A stretch of 56,988 bases of DNA, counting the filler, from Sphacelaria rigidula (taxonomy: Eukaryota): NCBI GenBank assembly GCA_964200075.2. It is 4 parts of 4 records of this genome, joined end to end, with 100 filler letters (N's around TTAATTAATTAA, not from the genome) between each part and the next. Parts side by side here need not be neighbours in the genome. Positions count along the whole stretch, not along the records: positions 14,276 to 28,449 come from CAXNAA020002413.1; 3 more parts are not named here. One strand, 5' to 3'. The notes beneath the pieces are model-generated. The model did no database searches, was not told the origin of the DNA, and worked only from the letters and a program-made list of their open reading frames with translations. This document shows positions 14,476 to 28,300 of this stretch, piece after piece. The position numbers and the translations under genes are program-made. The first letter of the stretch is position 1; every line of letters begins with the position of its first letter.

Positions 14476-15058
14476 GCGTATAGTTTACACGAAAACCCGT
14501 CGCCGAATTCCGTGATTGAATGATTACAGTAAACTGCAGATTCGGTGATGTTGTGGCGCGTACGAGTACTAGTTGGTTGGCATCGGTCGTGGTACGCGCC
14601 AGTTTGAAGCTCAACAGAATTCCAACACACGACCAGTATGTTTCAACAAGCCCTTTCCCCCGCGATGAGAGCAAACACGCAAAGGAACACCAAGAAGGTG
14701 CAGGAAAACTGAGCTCTCATACTTTGGCGCGAAGTCCAACCACGGATCCCCGCCTTGTTTATCATGGCGTATAGTTCACACGAAAACCCGTCGCCAAAAT
14801 TCCATGATTGAATGATTACAGTTAGCTGCGGATTCGGTGATGTTGTGACGAAACATAATGTTGCCGTACGAGTGTACTCGTTGGTTGGCATCGGTCGCGG
14901 TACGCACCAGTTTGAAGCTCAACAGAATTCCAACACACGACCTGTATGTTTCAACAGAACCTTTCCCCCGCGGAGAGGGCGAACACGTAAAGGATCACCG
15001 AAAAGGTGCAGGAAAACTGAGCTCCCATATTTTGGCGCAAAGTCCACCCGCGGATCCC
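14476..15058. repeat. ~290-bp direct tandem duplication
   Basis: gcgtatagtt(t/c)acacgaaaacccgtcgcc...cggatccc occurs at 14476-14750 and 14767-15058. Confidence 0.9.
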
Positions 15059-16328
15059 TGCTCTGTTCATCATTGCAGTAGTTCTCCGGTTGGCCGTGTA
15101 TTTCGACCCCACCGCTGACGACAAGTAGCCCCGCCTGCGGTTTCTTGCATCTCCGCGTGTCTAGTTTACCGGATGCATTGGGATTAGTTGCAAAGCTGAC
15201 CGCATGTGGGTAAACTGAAGAAAAATGTTTCATATGTGCGTCCCTGGAGCGAAACACGGGTACGAAGATACATCGCGTTCCACAACAGCATCAATGAATG
15301 GCGCAAGGGGTATTAATTTCTCGTCGCTCGTTTTCAGGCTACCACATACTGAACTGCACTGTCGCATACGCTGCCTATGAAGTAGCACCCGCCCACTCCG
15401 TTCACAACCGGCAACTCCCAGTCCTCGCAAATTGTACAACAGCGTCCGCCCCACATATTCCTCGTCTCAAGGTCAGTGGTTTTATGTTGGCAAACTCAAA
15501 ATAATGGGGATCCAGGCCTAGAATAGCATCGTTGCTCGTGAAATATGATGGACAATTCTTCTGAGCCCGCGGATCTCTTACCGTCTTGAAGGCAGGTAGA
15601 GCGATCTGGGGGCCGCATGCAGTTACGTCTTCGGAACGAAGTGCGTTTTTGAAATCAGCCACAATAAATGTTCCCCCAAGTAAACGGACATGAAGATGTG
15701 TAAACGGCTGTGGACTTACTGCTTGCAGATCCCAGACGTTGTCAACGCCCGGGTCAAAAGCCACCGCATAATATTATACTGTACCGCAACCTATGTATCC
15801 TTACAGATGGTCTATGTAGTCATGGTAAGGCTTTCTCATGAGACGAACGACGACTGTGGACCCACTAGCGGAATATCGAGAGGGGCTACGGTTTGGGCAG
15901 AGCCGCATACTGTTAGATCTCGACCCATACGTATCACGTGATGGATCCTTGCTAGCACGTCAAGCGAGATCAGGACCTGTCCGTCAAGTATCGGGGGTTT
16001 GTTCACTATGCGACCGGAGGCTGTTGCATCATGCTTTGTTCTCGTGTACGAAGCTCCGCGAGAAGGGCAACGATGAAATCGCTCTGTGCGAATCAGCAGC
16101 GCGTGAACAGACCGTGTACCCGTACAATGGTAAACGGTAAAAGCGTGTCCCCCACTCGACTGGTGCGCATGAAGTATCCCTGAGTTGCAGCACAACGATC
16201 GTTCTTCTATTCTACGCCACCGCAGGTGAATCACCGCTTCGAGACACTCCGAAACGCGGTTCAGCATGCCTTCTGCGATGCTCAAGATAGGGCTCGCGTC
16301 GGTTTCTGCACAAATAGCGCTCGCTCAG

Positions 16329-19300
16329 ATTGTACCTGCGGACGTTCTCTTTCAGCACAATGTCTACAGGTGACCGGAGTCCTCAAGGATTCATAGATCG
16401 GAAGACGGCACCGCAATGTACAAAAGCACAGTGAACGCCCGCCGATGGGTTAAAAATATGTCGCCGTCTTGCACCCCTGCACAGATCTTGCGTCAAATGC
16501 TGTCAACGTTGATGCAGTGCATGCCAAGCGTGCTTGACGGGTTAGGGGTCATTTTATTTTTTGATACGGTAAGATCTTATCGGGATATTCCCCTTACGAT
16601 TCAGCGGGTTGTCTTCCCAATCCATCCATCAAAATGTATGCCCGTGGTGCGGCAAGACCTCAAATGGTCGGGTAGTACAAATCAACAATCGACGCGATGC
16701 AGCACCTGTATGATACAGGTACAGCGCTCCCGATGTTTTCCGTGCCTATCAGGTCGAACACCGCCCTGGATTCTTGCAGAAATGGTTGGGTGGCGGTTCA
16801 CTTCTGTTGCGATGTGGGAATCGTGAAATATTTTAGTTATTGTGCGAAAGAGAGAGAGAACAACAAGAAGATAAAGATACGGTACCGTGTACAATACCGT
16901 ACCTCACCGTATGAAAACCCTTCAAAACCGTTGCAGATCTTCGAAAACGTTGATGACAGAGAGTCGGCCACAATTACGCGTCTACTGCTGCTGTTGCGAT
17001 CATGCGAGGGGAAAGTCACATCATGGGAAGCACAATTTGCCTTGTCCTTCTGATTTCAGATCGGGGGGTAGAGTTGCACTTGGGCGGTTTTACGATTGAA
17101 TTCGTTGCCCCCAAAATCATATTCCTGTTGGAAGAATGGATAACCTGCTCGTCAACGTTGCCATCTACAACAAGTTTGTTTCTACTAATTCGTGGTATGC
17201 ACGAGCACGCAAGATCTACCAAGAGTTTGGTTGCTCCGACTTGATGATAGTGCTTGCCATGTAGTGTATCACACCTCCTTCTTCTGCTATATTCAATTGA
17301 ATTAGTTTTGGCCTGCTGCTGCTTATACCGCGTAGTGCTTTACACCTCCTCCTGCCATGCGTATCACAGGTGCATGCACAGCGCCGATCCCATGACCTAC
17401 AGCAGCAATCTGGCTGATGGCGCATTGGTGAGCAAATGTGACGAGTTACTTTGGCTTGGTTTGTTCGAGATATACAGTCAGATTCCGTAGCCGGCTGTTG
17501 AAACTTCTCTGAACCCTTGCGACTTTGTGCCATCTATGGTGTTCGGAAATATCGATCTCTCGAAGGAAAAGATGTGGATAAGAGGCAGAAATCTTGTATC
17601 AATGAAACTATTCGGTGACGGATCCAGTGCGCTAACGTGCTCGTTATATCCAACTCCTCGACCGTGAATATCGGCTCGGAAAAATGTCGCCAGCTGATTG
17701 GGAAGGAGGGTAGCTGTTGAGGAGGGAGGGGAGGGGTTTATTCTCAGACAGGATATTATGGATGCGAGGCCAATGGGTGGTTTAGTATCAGGTGGCAATT
17801 GACAATCTCGCGTGGACGTGAAATCACGAAAATCAAATGCCACAATTTGATGTCGTGTCGCCAACCGTTTTGAGCAACTCGACCCTGGATGGCGTCCTAC
17901 TTTGTGTCGAGTCGACCACGAACACAATATTACAGGGCTGTGTTCTGTAGGGCACGGGTGCGCTCGCTAGGGTATAAGACTCCTTATAGAACTTACAGAA
18001 CTATCGTGTAGCGGTATGAAAATCTCACAGGACTCACAAAACATGTCGGGTAGGGTATGGATGTTGTACAGGAACCCCGTGCACGTACTCTGGTGTTTTT
18101 TCGAGGGTATTGAGCCCGGGTAAGGGTCAGCATTCCACACGCTGGACAACTCAACTCGCCCCAAATCGAGTTGACTCATGTTCGTGGAACTCAGCCGTGA
18201 GTCATACGACATGGCACAGCAGCACCTATTGCCACGGGCTGGATAATATTGTATTACTCAGCCGTACATATTTTTCACTGGATAAGTTGTACGGTATAAA
18301 TCAGTGGCACTTATTTCCATTGACTGAGTTATATCGTACAACTCAGGAGTACCTTTTCCCCACCGGCTGAGTTATTCAGTATGACTCAGCAGCGCCTATT
18401 GCCACGGGCTGGATAATATTGTATTACTCAGCCGTACATATTTTCCACTGGATACGTTGTACGGTATAAATCAGTGACACCTATTTCCATCGACTAAGTC
18501 ATATGGTACAACTCAGCAGTACCTTTTCCCCACCGGCTGAGTTATTCAGTATGACTCAGCAGCACCTATTGGCACGGGCTGGATAATATTGTATTACTCA
18601 GCCGTACATATTTTCAACTGGATAAGTTGTACGGTATAAATCAGTGACACCTATTTCCATCGACTAAGTCATATGGTACAACTCAGCAGTACCTTTTCCC
18701 CACCGGCTGAGTTATACAGTATGACTCAGCGGTACCTACCGTCACTGGCTGAGTTATTATGGGTTGATTCAGCGGTGCCTTTTTCCACTGGGTGAGCTAT
18801 ACGGTATGAGTCAGCGGTAACTATGTCCAGAAGTTAAGTTACATGGGTCAATGCAGCTGTACCTTTCCCCAGTGGATTGGTTATACGGTATACCGCAGCG
18901 GTGCACTTCTCCACTGGATGGGCTATACGGTATACCGTAGCGGTATCGTTTCGCAGAGGATGTTATATACTTCCTCTGTCCCATAAGTCTGGTCGGATAT
19001 GCTTGTACGAGCCCTTATCCGTGTCCGATCTGATTTTCGATGCTTTTTTCGAGTTCTCCGCCGTGACTTAAGTCAGAAGCACATATTTTTTCTTTCCAGC
19101 TCGCTGTTAGACTATTCGGCCGAGCCGCTGCAAAAAAATCAGTCGGCCCAAACCGTGTTTTGCTCCTTTCTCAGGGGCAAAAAGTTGGCCCCAGCAAGCC
19201 CTTGGGCACCCTCACCTTGCCCGGTGGAATAGCGGGCGCAACCTCCGTCGCAATCGCATTGCGGCGACCCAGCTGTAGCTCGCCACCCGTTCGGCGAGTG

Positions 19301-22300
19301 GAGGGGGGGGTACCTGCGGGCAAATCCATCGTATTGTGATGTCTGCGGGCTAGGTGTGGGATGTTTCACACGAATTCTCAACAGAATTCTCAACAGAATT
19401 CTCAACAGAATTCTCAACAGAATTCCCAACAGAATTCTCACAAACAAGTAAAAATAGGATATATTCTGACCTGATTTTACTATTGAAAACGATTTTTTTC
19501 TTCTTTCTTCATCAGCTTCGTATGTGTTTTATGTTTTCATCTAACCCATCTCTAAGGCCATCGTTAACACCGTTGCACCCATACAAACAACCGCTCATAA
19601 CCGACCAGACTACTGGGAGAAAGGAAGTAAACTATAACTCAGCGGTACCTTTCTTTCCGCTGCATGAGTCATAACACATAAGCTAGGGAGCTCATGAGTT
19701 GTCTCGTGTGGGAAACATTACATACAGGACTTACAGAACTGTAGGGCAAGGATGCGGAAGGCTTATAACCTTGCGAGATTTTAAAACAGATAACAATCGG
19801 AACAGGCCTCACTTCACACTGTATGCTGTAGCACCGCACCCTATTCGTATCGCCGACTTTGACAGTTGCCGTCACGACCGAGCCATGTGATAGTCAACGG
19901 CGGAGGCCTCTATCATGCCAGTTCACCGTGCTTCACTTGGCAATTTTCTGGGTAGTTTTCCTTTTAGATTTACGCCCGAGATTACTGTTCGGGTTGCGTT
20001 TTCGCTGACGATTTCGGTCCTCGAGCATCTCGCAAATGAGCCCATCGCCACCTTTTTTTCTTGGCTAGACAAAGGTAAATCGCCCCCTAACCGAAAGGCT
20101 TTCTGGATCAACCACGCGTGTTTCCAGGAAGTTTTCAAGATAAGTCTACTAGTGAGCCAAGAGGCGAGGGGCGTAGTTATCCTGGCAGGTCCAGTTGACC
20201 GTGTGGTCAATTGCGTTTCCGTACAGATCTCCTACCTCCTCTTACCCCCCGATCAAGCTGTGTCTGACGCAACAGTAATAACTCCTGCGATATTCGAACA
20301 CGCAAGATCAGGAGATAGGTTCTGCTCTTTGCACAATTTCTGTGAGCCACATTTCACCTCTTGTGGTGCCCAAATAGTTGTACGTCGTGGTATTGCTTGG
20401 TATGGGTATAGCGTAGAGCGTTGCAGTGAAGAGCGATGACACACTACGATTAGGGTGTGGCGATAAGTGGGCTTTTTACAGTCAGTGGCGGTACACACTG
20501 AACAAGAGACAATGAAACAGAGAACGGTGCTGACCGAATCATGTCGTCGACAGCTATCTCCATTGACCAATCGCAAATGCTACGGAGTGTATACCTTAGT
20601 ATGCAGCAGGACGAGCAATTTATAGGCAGCGGCAGAGCGCTCTATAAATGAAACGGAAGAGATCATTAGTGAAATAAACACTAGTCTCCGGCAGCATTTT
20701 TGGCACTGACCAATCATGAATGATTCAGGAGATTTCGATACACTATTTCGTCAACAATGTGCGATTGTTCAGTGACTATTGCCGCCACAGACGTCATTTT
20801 TCAACACCATATATCTGTTGCATTGCACTTCGTGTATAGTGGGCTGTAGCTCAGTGGTAATGTGTGCTTCTAACGCGGTACGCCACTAATATAGTGCAGT
20901 ACAGGATGTTGAGACGTCATCAAGATATGCTCGACGTGTTCAAGCACTGCCTCGCAGGTACACCGACCGTTAAGTCATACTCCGTAATAGTGTGTATAGA
21001 GGCAGAGAATATTGAATATTGTGTGAGTAAGTATCGTGCATCACGTGTGCACGTTGTTTGATACACACCGTAGCCGAAGTGGTAGATAGACGGTATGAAA
21101 TCATGCACCCGACGGAAAATTGGCTGGGCGAGATGTACACCCGACCTGGCTCAAACCAGTTCAGATGCGGAAAAATCGAAACTGGGTCCCGATCTCGTGG
21201 AGTATGTTTGTTCCTCAGAATGTGTACATTACCCCAATATCCGTGATACCAATAGTTATCACTGCCTCGGACATGCCGGCAGCAAGAGAGAGGTACACAG
21301 TATCGCATTGGTCAAGCAAAGGTGCGCTCGATGACCCTCGTTGTACACTCCGGAGAATAACCTCCGTGCGACAGGCGCTATCAACATCCAGATTTTTGTA
21401 CCTATCGGGGTTTGGAGCATCGGAAGAGCGCACGTGTGTTCACTCCGTGTCCTTGTTGTCCAACGAACACAGATTCCAAGCCGTTATCCATCTCGTCTCG
21501 ACATCTCTGAGCCACGCTGACCAACGTGTTCCTCCAGGAACACGCGGATTTCCTGGCCGCTACATGCGACAGTCTGGAACATGACGACAGCTTCGACGAG
21601 GGAGAAAACCTGTACTACTGTGATACCTCAAGTGCCAGCCGGTTACCCACATGCCAGAGTGGCTTCGACGCGATTATCGACTGGTACGAAGAGGTTTCCG
21701 ACTACGACCAAGATGACCCGCCTTTCTATACAACTGGCGGACAGATCGGTCACTTTACGCAGGTAAATCACGAGCACTAGATTTGCGCAGCGGCCGGACG
21801 CGTCACCGAGTTAAAAAATCTCTTGCACGGCTAGGAAGCTTTGTCGCATACGCCAACCCACATGTTTCTCTTTTTCCGCTTCTGCTCCCCCCCCCCCCTC
21901 TCTCTCCCCCTCCGCCCCCACTTTCACTCTCTCATGAGCTACTCCACACCCGGCGAGGGTTGTCATGACCACGGTATTGCATGAACGAAGGAGTCACTCT
22001 GGAGCTTTTCTTCAGGGAGTGCCGACTTCCTATGGCCTTATCGCTGTCAATGTTCTAGAAGATACAACCACGCAAAATCGTCGCAGATAAACATATCAAG
22101 ATATCGGTGTGTCCTTCACTCATCGAATGTTTTTTGCCGACGAAAAATGCACCCTCGGGCGAGCGTCGATCCCTCCCCCCCCCCCCTTCTCTCTCTCTCT
22201 CTTTTCCTTTCTGTCTTTCTCTGAACATATTGCGCTAATCAACGATGACGTCTCAGCGCAGAGTTGGCGGTGATATTCAATCACAGTATCGGTTCTCTTC

Positions 22301-25300
22301 TCTCCCATCAGTATATATTTGACAATTTCGCGCCTTACCCTCCCCCCCCCACCCCACCCCACTCCGTCTCGGCTTTGTAGGTTTGCGAGGTCAATGGTCG
22401 TATGACTATAGCATGCATGATCATGAGTATACCCCCCCCCACTCCCCTATCGTGATGAGCGCCGGAATGTGGAAGGTGTCTCTAGTAGGCGTAGGAACAG
22501 TGCTCCATCTCGAAAGGGATGCGTGGACAATGGTCAAGCGACTAAGGCAAGCAACAAATGAGTACGCCCTCCCCCACTTTCGATCTCCCCCCCCTCCCCC
22601 CTCCCCCGTCTCTCTCTCTCTCTCTTTCCCTTTCTCTCTGAAGATATTGTGCTAGTCAACGATACCGTCTCAGGGCAGAGTCGGCGGTAATGTTCCAGCA
22701 CAGCATCGTTTCTCTTCTCTCTCCCATCAATATTGCTTTGACAGTTTCGCGCCTAACGTTCACGCGCTACGTTACAGGTTGTTTGGAAATCCTCCGAGGA
22801 ACTAGGCTGCGCTACCTCCGACTGTTCGTACCAAGCCAGCAGCGCAACATATCTCCGTACATACACCGTCTGTCGCTATTCGCCAGCCGGAAATTTCCAA
22901 AGCCAAAGCCAACACCGAGGCAACGTTCAGCCATCTGCTTCTAAGACCGAGGCCACATGCGAAAGCGAACTTGTGAGTCAGCCAAGGTGGCAAAACTACT
23001 GCGCGTAGAACAGCGTTCCATTTTCGCGGCGAGGTTGGGGGGGCAGGTTGAGCCAACAGGTTCAAAATTGAGATTCACCGGTAAAAGCGCATGTATCCCC
23101 AAACAGTCGGGGAGGGTGGGACTCGCTCAGTGTCGGCAAGAGCCCGACAGTATACCTTGCTTGTGGCTTGGCGGTAGCAGTCGGGCGAATTGTGAAATAT
23201 CTTCAGAAGAGCACACCGTGCGTCCCCTCGCATACCAACATCGCCGTCAAGTAGGCGGGACCAGCTGTGTGATGGTAGACACTTCCGCGCGTATAACGTT
23301 GAAGGCCAAAGCTGCGTGATTGTAGACACTTCCGCGCGTAAAACGTTGAGGCCAAGCAAGGCATGCTTCACTGACACGCGAACGATACCGATATACCATG
23401 TAATACACGTGAATACTGACACAGGAAGGATGAAGGGTTTATGTGTGTCGTGTATCCCTACCCTGAGTACTCAGGATACTTTGTGGTTTCAAGCGACGCA
23501 TTTGGTGTTCCGCACGGACAGCTGCAAAAACGAGCGAGGATGGCCCATCGTTGCAAACCCACGTAAAAGGCGTTCAATCTTGATGGATGGTTTTTTCGAC
23601 TGCTTACGAGTATGTATATCTTGACCCGCCGCTCGACTCACGGAGAAAAATAAATGTGTGCCCTAATGGTGGTACGTAAACGGACTGGCCAACGTTGACT
23701 TCAACCCTGTTTTGTTTTTCGCGTACCGTGTTGCAGTGTCTTTCATCCCTACTTTGGAGTACCGCGTGTCCTCTACCACGATATAACGGAGTCATGCCGT
23801 GGTAGGGGTGCACAAAGCACTCCTCCCGTTTGAATTCTTAGGAGCTCTACTCTCATCTACTCCGGAAAAACGACTCGAGAAATACGTGAAAGCGCGCCAC
23901 GGCAAGCGTTCGAGCGGGCTAGGGATACCTCGAATGATTTTTTATCTAACGGGAATGCCCTGACCCATACTCTTTTGTAGCTGCTAACTTTTAGTTCCCC
24001 TTCAATGAAAAGCAACTGGGCCAAACTGTGCAACCCCTACCGTCGCATGATCCTACGTTCGTCTCCACAACGTGAAACCTCACATCCCAGACCAGCGGCA
24101 CTGTAGCGACTCCCGCGCCGGTGATGACTCCAGCACCAGTCCCCTCGTCGGAAGAAACCCCCGCACCGATCGATGTGGTCTCTGGACTGGCAGACGACGA
24201 AGCTGAAGGCGCCGTACTTCTGGGTTGCTTCGTAAGAGACGACTCCTCCTACACCCGTGCGCGTGGGAATAGAGGTCAAGGCAGCGGGGGCATGGATGCT
24301 GAGGTATGGCGCTGGTGTGTGTCCTTATTGGAGGGATGCTACGATAGGGGGCGGGGGGGGGGAGGGGTGTTCGATTCCACGAACAGGGGCTCATAGATGT
24401 GCCAGACGACCTGAATACTCGCGGTGCGTTTGTATTTGGATGAAAAGCGTGCCAAGTCATATGAATGAGTATGTCTTGTTGGTAACAAGAGCCTTCAAAC
24501 AAACGCTGCTGCTGTCAATGACAACTTGATGTGGAAGTTCGTGGAAGAAATGGCCCAATGTATCCCCCTCCCCCCTCCCCCCCCCCTCCTACTCCTGCCA
24601 GAGTATCACTCATTGCCGTGTACTCGAGAGGTTTGTGCAGCTGTGGGGTCACCTTATATCTTACAACCTTACCGTAGGTTTCACGTCCAGACAATTATGA
24701 GACACCTGCGTTCACTCGCGTATCGGTATGTTCTCGAACTCTCAAACGGACAGGTCTGTGCGGGAAGGTGCGAAGGATACGCATACTTTGGTACCGGGCC
24801 CGGAAGAGGTATGTGACCTGCCGGTGAATGCTACGCCTGTGTGAAGTCCATGGGTGGTCAGAGGAGTCTTTTTCTGGGGGGGGGGGGGGGTTCTGGTGAC
24901 TTCTTTTTTGCGTTCACCTCGTGAAATCGTCCCCAAACCCCGAACACGTCGATCGCAAACGCATGCGTTTTTTCTAGATAACCTCCCGCGGCTTTGCCAA
25001 TCATGATCAATTGACCCAAACCTGGCGGCAGCTGAACTCACGCCTGCTTCGTTTACTCTAGATTTTGGCTTGATACTCTTATAATTCGGATGTTTCCTGC
25101 TACTACGGCAGGAAAGAAAAAAATGACCGAAATGCAACACACTACACGCCAGGTGCAGTTCACTGCACATCCACCTCGTGTATCTTCCATCAAGCCAAAC
25201 GCTGTTTTTTGACCATGCTATTCTGAAATTTACTGAAGGTATTACGGTCTTACCGCGGAAATGTTCAACTATCATCTTGTGCCCTCACGTTCCCTGTTAA

Positions 25301-28300
25301 TGAGTAGTCGAGCAATGGGTGGAAATTCGATTGATCCGTACGAAATATCATACTTATGATATAGTGCACGTTGCCCCTCGTGACGCTAGATTTCCGCGTT
25401 GCGGTCGAGTAGATCGCTCTCTTACTCACGTCCCTGTCAAAAAAAATTCGCATACCCCATTGATAGCTGGAGATTCATGTGGGATATACATCTGGTTCCA
25501 TCTGAGATATCCGCGTTGACGCAGAGTGTCTATCAGGGATATCTAATAACACCGGGGTTTTCGAACAGGGCATCAGTATGGAACATTGATGATTGCCAAG
25601 GTGCACCTCATAACCTCAACTTTCGGGCCACGACCGTAAGGCAGCATCGAATATGCGCTCCAGGTAAAGGTTGACGTCCAAGATGGATGCTCTGTGTTTA
25701 TGCCAGTGAACATTCACCAAACATCCCCGATGGAAGCTCCACACGCATGGGCATTTCCACATGAATTTTTTCCGATGGGTATCCGAGATCGATATCGTTC
25801 ATGCACGTCCCAATCACCCTGTGAAGTTCGAGGTATATGTAAACGCCAGGACGTATCAGATGGATACCCATATCCCAAGTGACATACATCTGAAATATCC
25901 CAGGTTCATTGAGACATCCCAGATGAAGTCAACACCCCAGATGGAGGTCCCGGATTGATATCCATATCACAGGTTATGTTCCGTATGAATATCTTTGATG
26001 GACCTCCGGAATATCTCAAGTTGACATCCCAAATGAAAATCACAGACTAATCTAACATCCCAAGTGGATGCGATGCCCCAGATGGAGGTTGCGCAATAGT
26101 GCCCGCTTTGCTTTCTTGCTGGAGACGATCAATGCTTCCGTGTATCCTAGGAACTACCGTGGAGGGAATACCATTGATGGCGGTCCCTCTATGGGGTACG
26201 AAAGAAAACGTATCGCTGCGTATGGCGTCTTGAAGCGGAATTTACAAACACTACCCTCACAAAGAACCGTTGCATACTAAAGTCTACCATCCCACGAACT
26301 TGGCAATGCGTCGAGTTGTTCATTTTGAAAGTTCGGAGATTTTGCGTCCGCAGCAGGTTTTGGTTCGTTTCGTGCACCGGTATGCTATCCAGTGCACTGC
26401 GACATGCTATCCAGTGCACTCAGGCATGCTATCCGGTGCACTCAGGCATGCAATGAAGGGTACAGGTGTCGCCAATTACGCGCTGCTCAACCCCAATCCG
26501 ACCCGGCGGTTGTGAGGAAATACACAATCGATACGCTGTAAGATATGTCCTTCCTTATGGTGACTCCCGTTGTAGAGCTTCATTGAGCAAACTTCACAAC
26601 GTAGCTACTCATGCTCAACCGGCATGAAGTACTCGGTGTGCTTCAAGCTCTTCTATTCGGCGGGTGCTCCATGTGGTACATATATGACGAAAAACTTGGG
26701 AATCACCCTTATAGTCCTCGACGCCGATTGCCTGCACTCGTTCTCTCCCGCTGCGTTTCCTTTCGAATGCCTGGTGAACGTTCTTTAGGATCATCACAAT
26801 CAGCATGCTACTGTGGAAACGAAGCGTTGATCGACAGCGCCGACAACTGCGACAGCCCCTGCAGTGGAAACAGCGCAGTGGCGTGCGGGGGTGAATTTTC
26901 GCTGTCTCTCTTCATGTTCGATGTCTCCATGACTCCCGCACCAGTGACTCCGGCGCCAGTCGACGTGATTGTCACCCCTGCGCCAGTCGACGTGATTGTC
27001 ACCCCTGCGCCAGTCGACATGATTGTCACCCCTGCGCCAGTCGACGTGATTGTCACCCCTGCACCAGTCGACATGATTGTCACCCCTGCGCCAGTCGACA
27101 TGATTGTCACCCCGGCGCCAGTCGACATGATTGTCACCCCTGCACCGGTCGACGTGACACTGGAAAACGACGAAGCTTCCGGTGCTACTCTTGTAGGATG
27201 CTTCGTGGACGACGGGACGTACAGTGCGCGTGGCCGCCGGTGGGGAAGTCGACTCAGGAGAAACATGGACGCCGAGGTGCGATGACGTAGTCAATGTATA
27301 CGTTACCGGAGGCCTTGTCTGCCTGCCAGTCTCGAGGCTGGACGAATAAGCGTTGACTATAATCTCACGACAGTACCTTCAGGAAATTCCTTTGGTGGCT
27401 TGTATGTGCAAAAAAAAGGTGCTGAATCTCGCCTAATCAACAAGCCCTTGTCGCTGTGCCCTGTATCTCCCGTGTACTCATTTCCGGGACCCTCCTCTGA
27501 CCAAAAAGGTTTGCGCAGACATCTGTGATGGGTACGACTACTTCGGCACCGGAGGCGGACGAGGTGAGTACCCGCTCGACGAGGCATGCGGCCTCGAAAT
27601 GGAGTATAGTATGCATGTTGTCTTCGTGTGCTCTGCCGTGTGCTCATGGCACGTAGACGTGTCGATGCATCGTCGCCCCGTGTCGATAGTGTACGTCGTT
27701 TCAGTATCCGGTAGTCATACCACCCACCTCACTGCACGCCCCAAGTTCCGCGTCTTCTTGATATTCGACGAATACTCCACATGTCATGCTGCACAGGGTG
27801 CTACTGTGGAAACGAACCGTTGACCGACAGCGCCGACAACTGCGACGAACCCTGCAGAGGAAACAGCGCAGTGGCGTGCGGGGGTGAAGGTTCGCTGTCG
27901 GTCTTCATGTTCGATGTCCCCATGACTCCCGCACCGGTGGCGGTCACCCCTGCACCGGTCGACGTGACACTGGAAAACGACGAAGCTGATGGCACCACTC
28001 TTATCGGATGTTTCGTGGACGACGGGACGTACAATACTCGTGGCCGCCGGTGGGGAAGTCGACTCAGGAGAAACATGGACGCCGAGGTATACGGCTGGAT
28101 ATCCGTGCCATGTCCGATGTGTTCGTTACTGGAGGCCTTGTCTGTCTACCAGCCTCGAGGCTGGACGAATAAGCGTTGACTATAATCTCACGACAGTACC
28201 TTCAGGAAACTTTCCCTGGCCGCTTGTATGTGCAAAAAAAAGGTGCTGAATCTCGCCTAATCAACAAGCCCTTGTCGCTGTGCCCTGTATCTCCCGTGTA

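Noticed and set aside
15808-15825. 18-nt micro-exon (MVYVVM) as the start of the CAP-WSC gene
   Set aside because: It has good splice signals and a compatible phase but gives no convincing signal peptide; it cannot be supported without transcripts.
18210-18950. Possible CRISPR-like repeat-spacer array
   Set aside because: The sequences between motifs are themselves repeated with 170-bp periodicity, there are no unique spacers or cas genes, and the context is a eukaryotic intron.
20841-20880. tRNA-like start gggctgtagctcagtggtaa
   Set aside because: Only an A-box/D-arm-like piece; no T-arm, B box or acceptor-stem partner follows.
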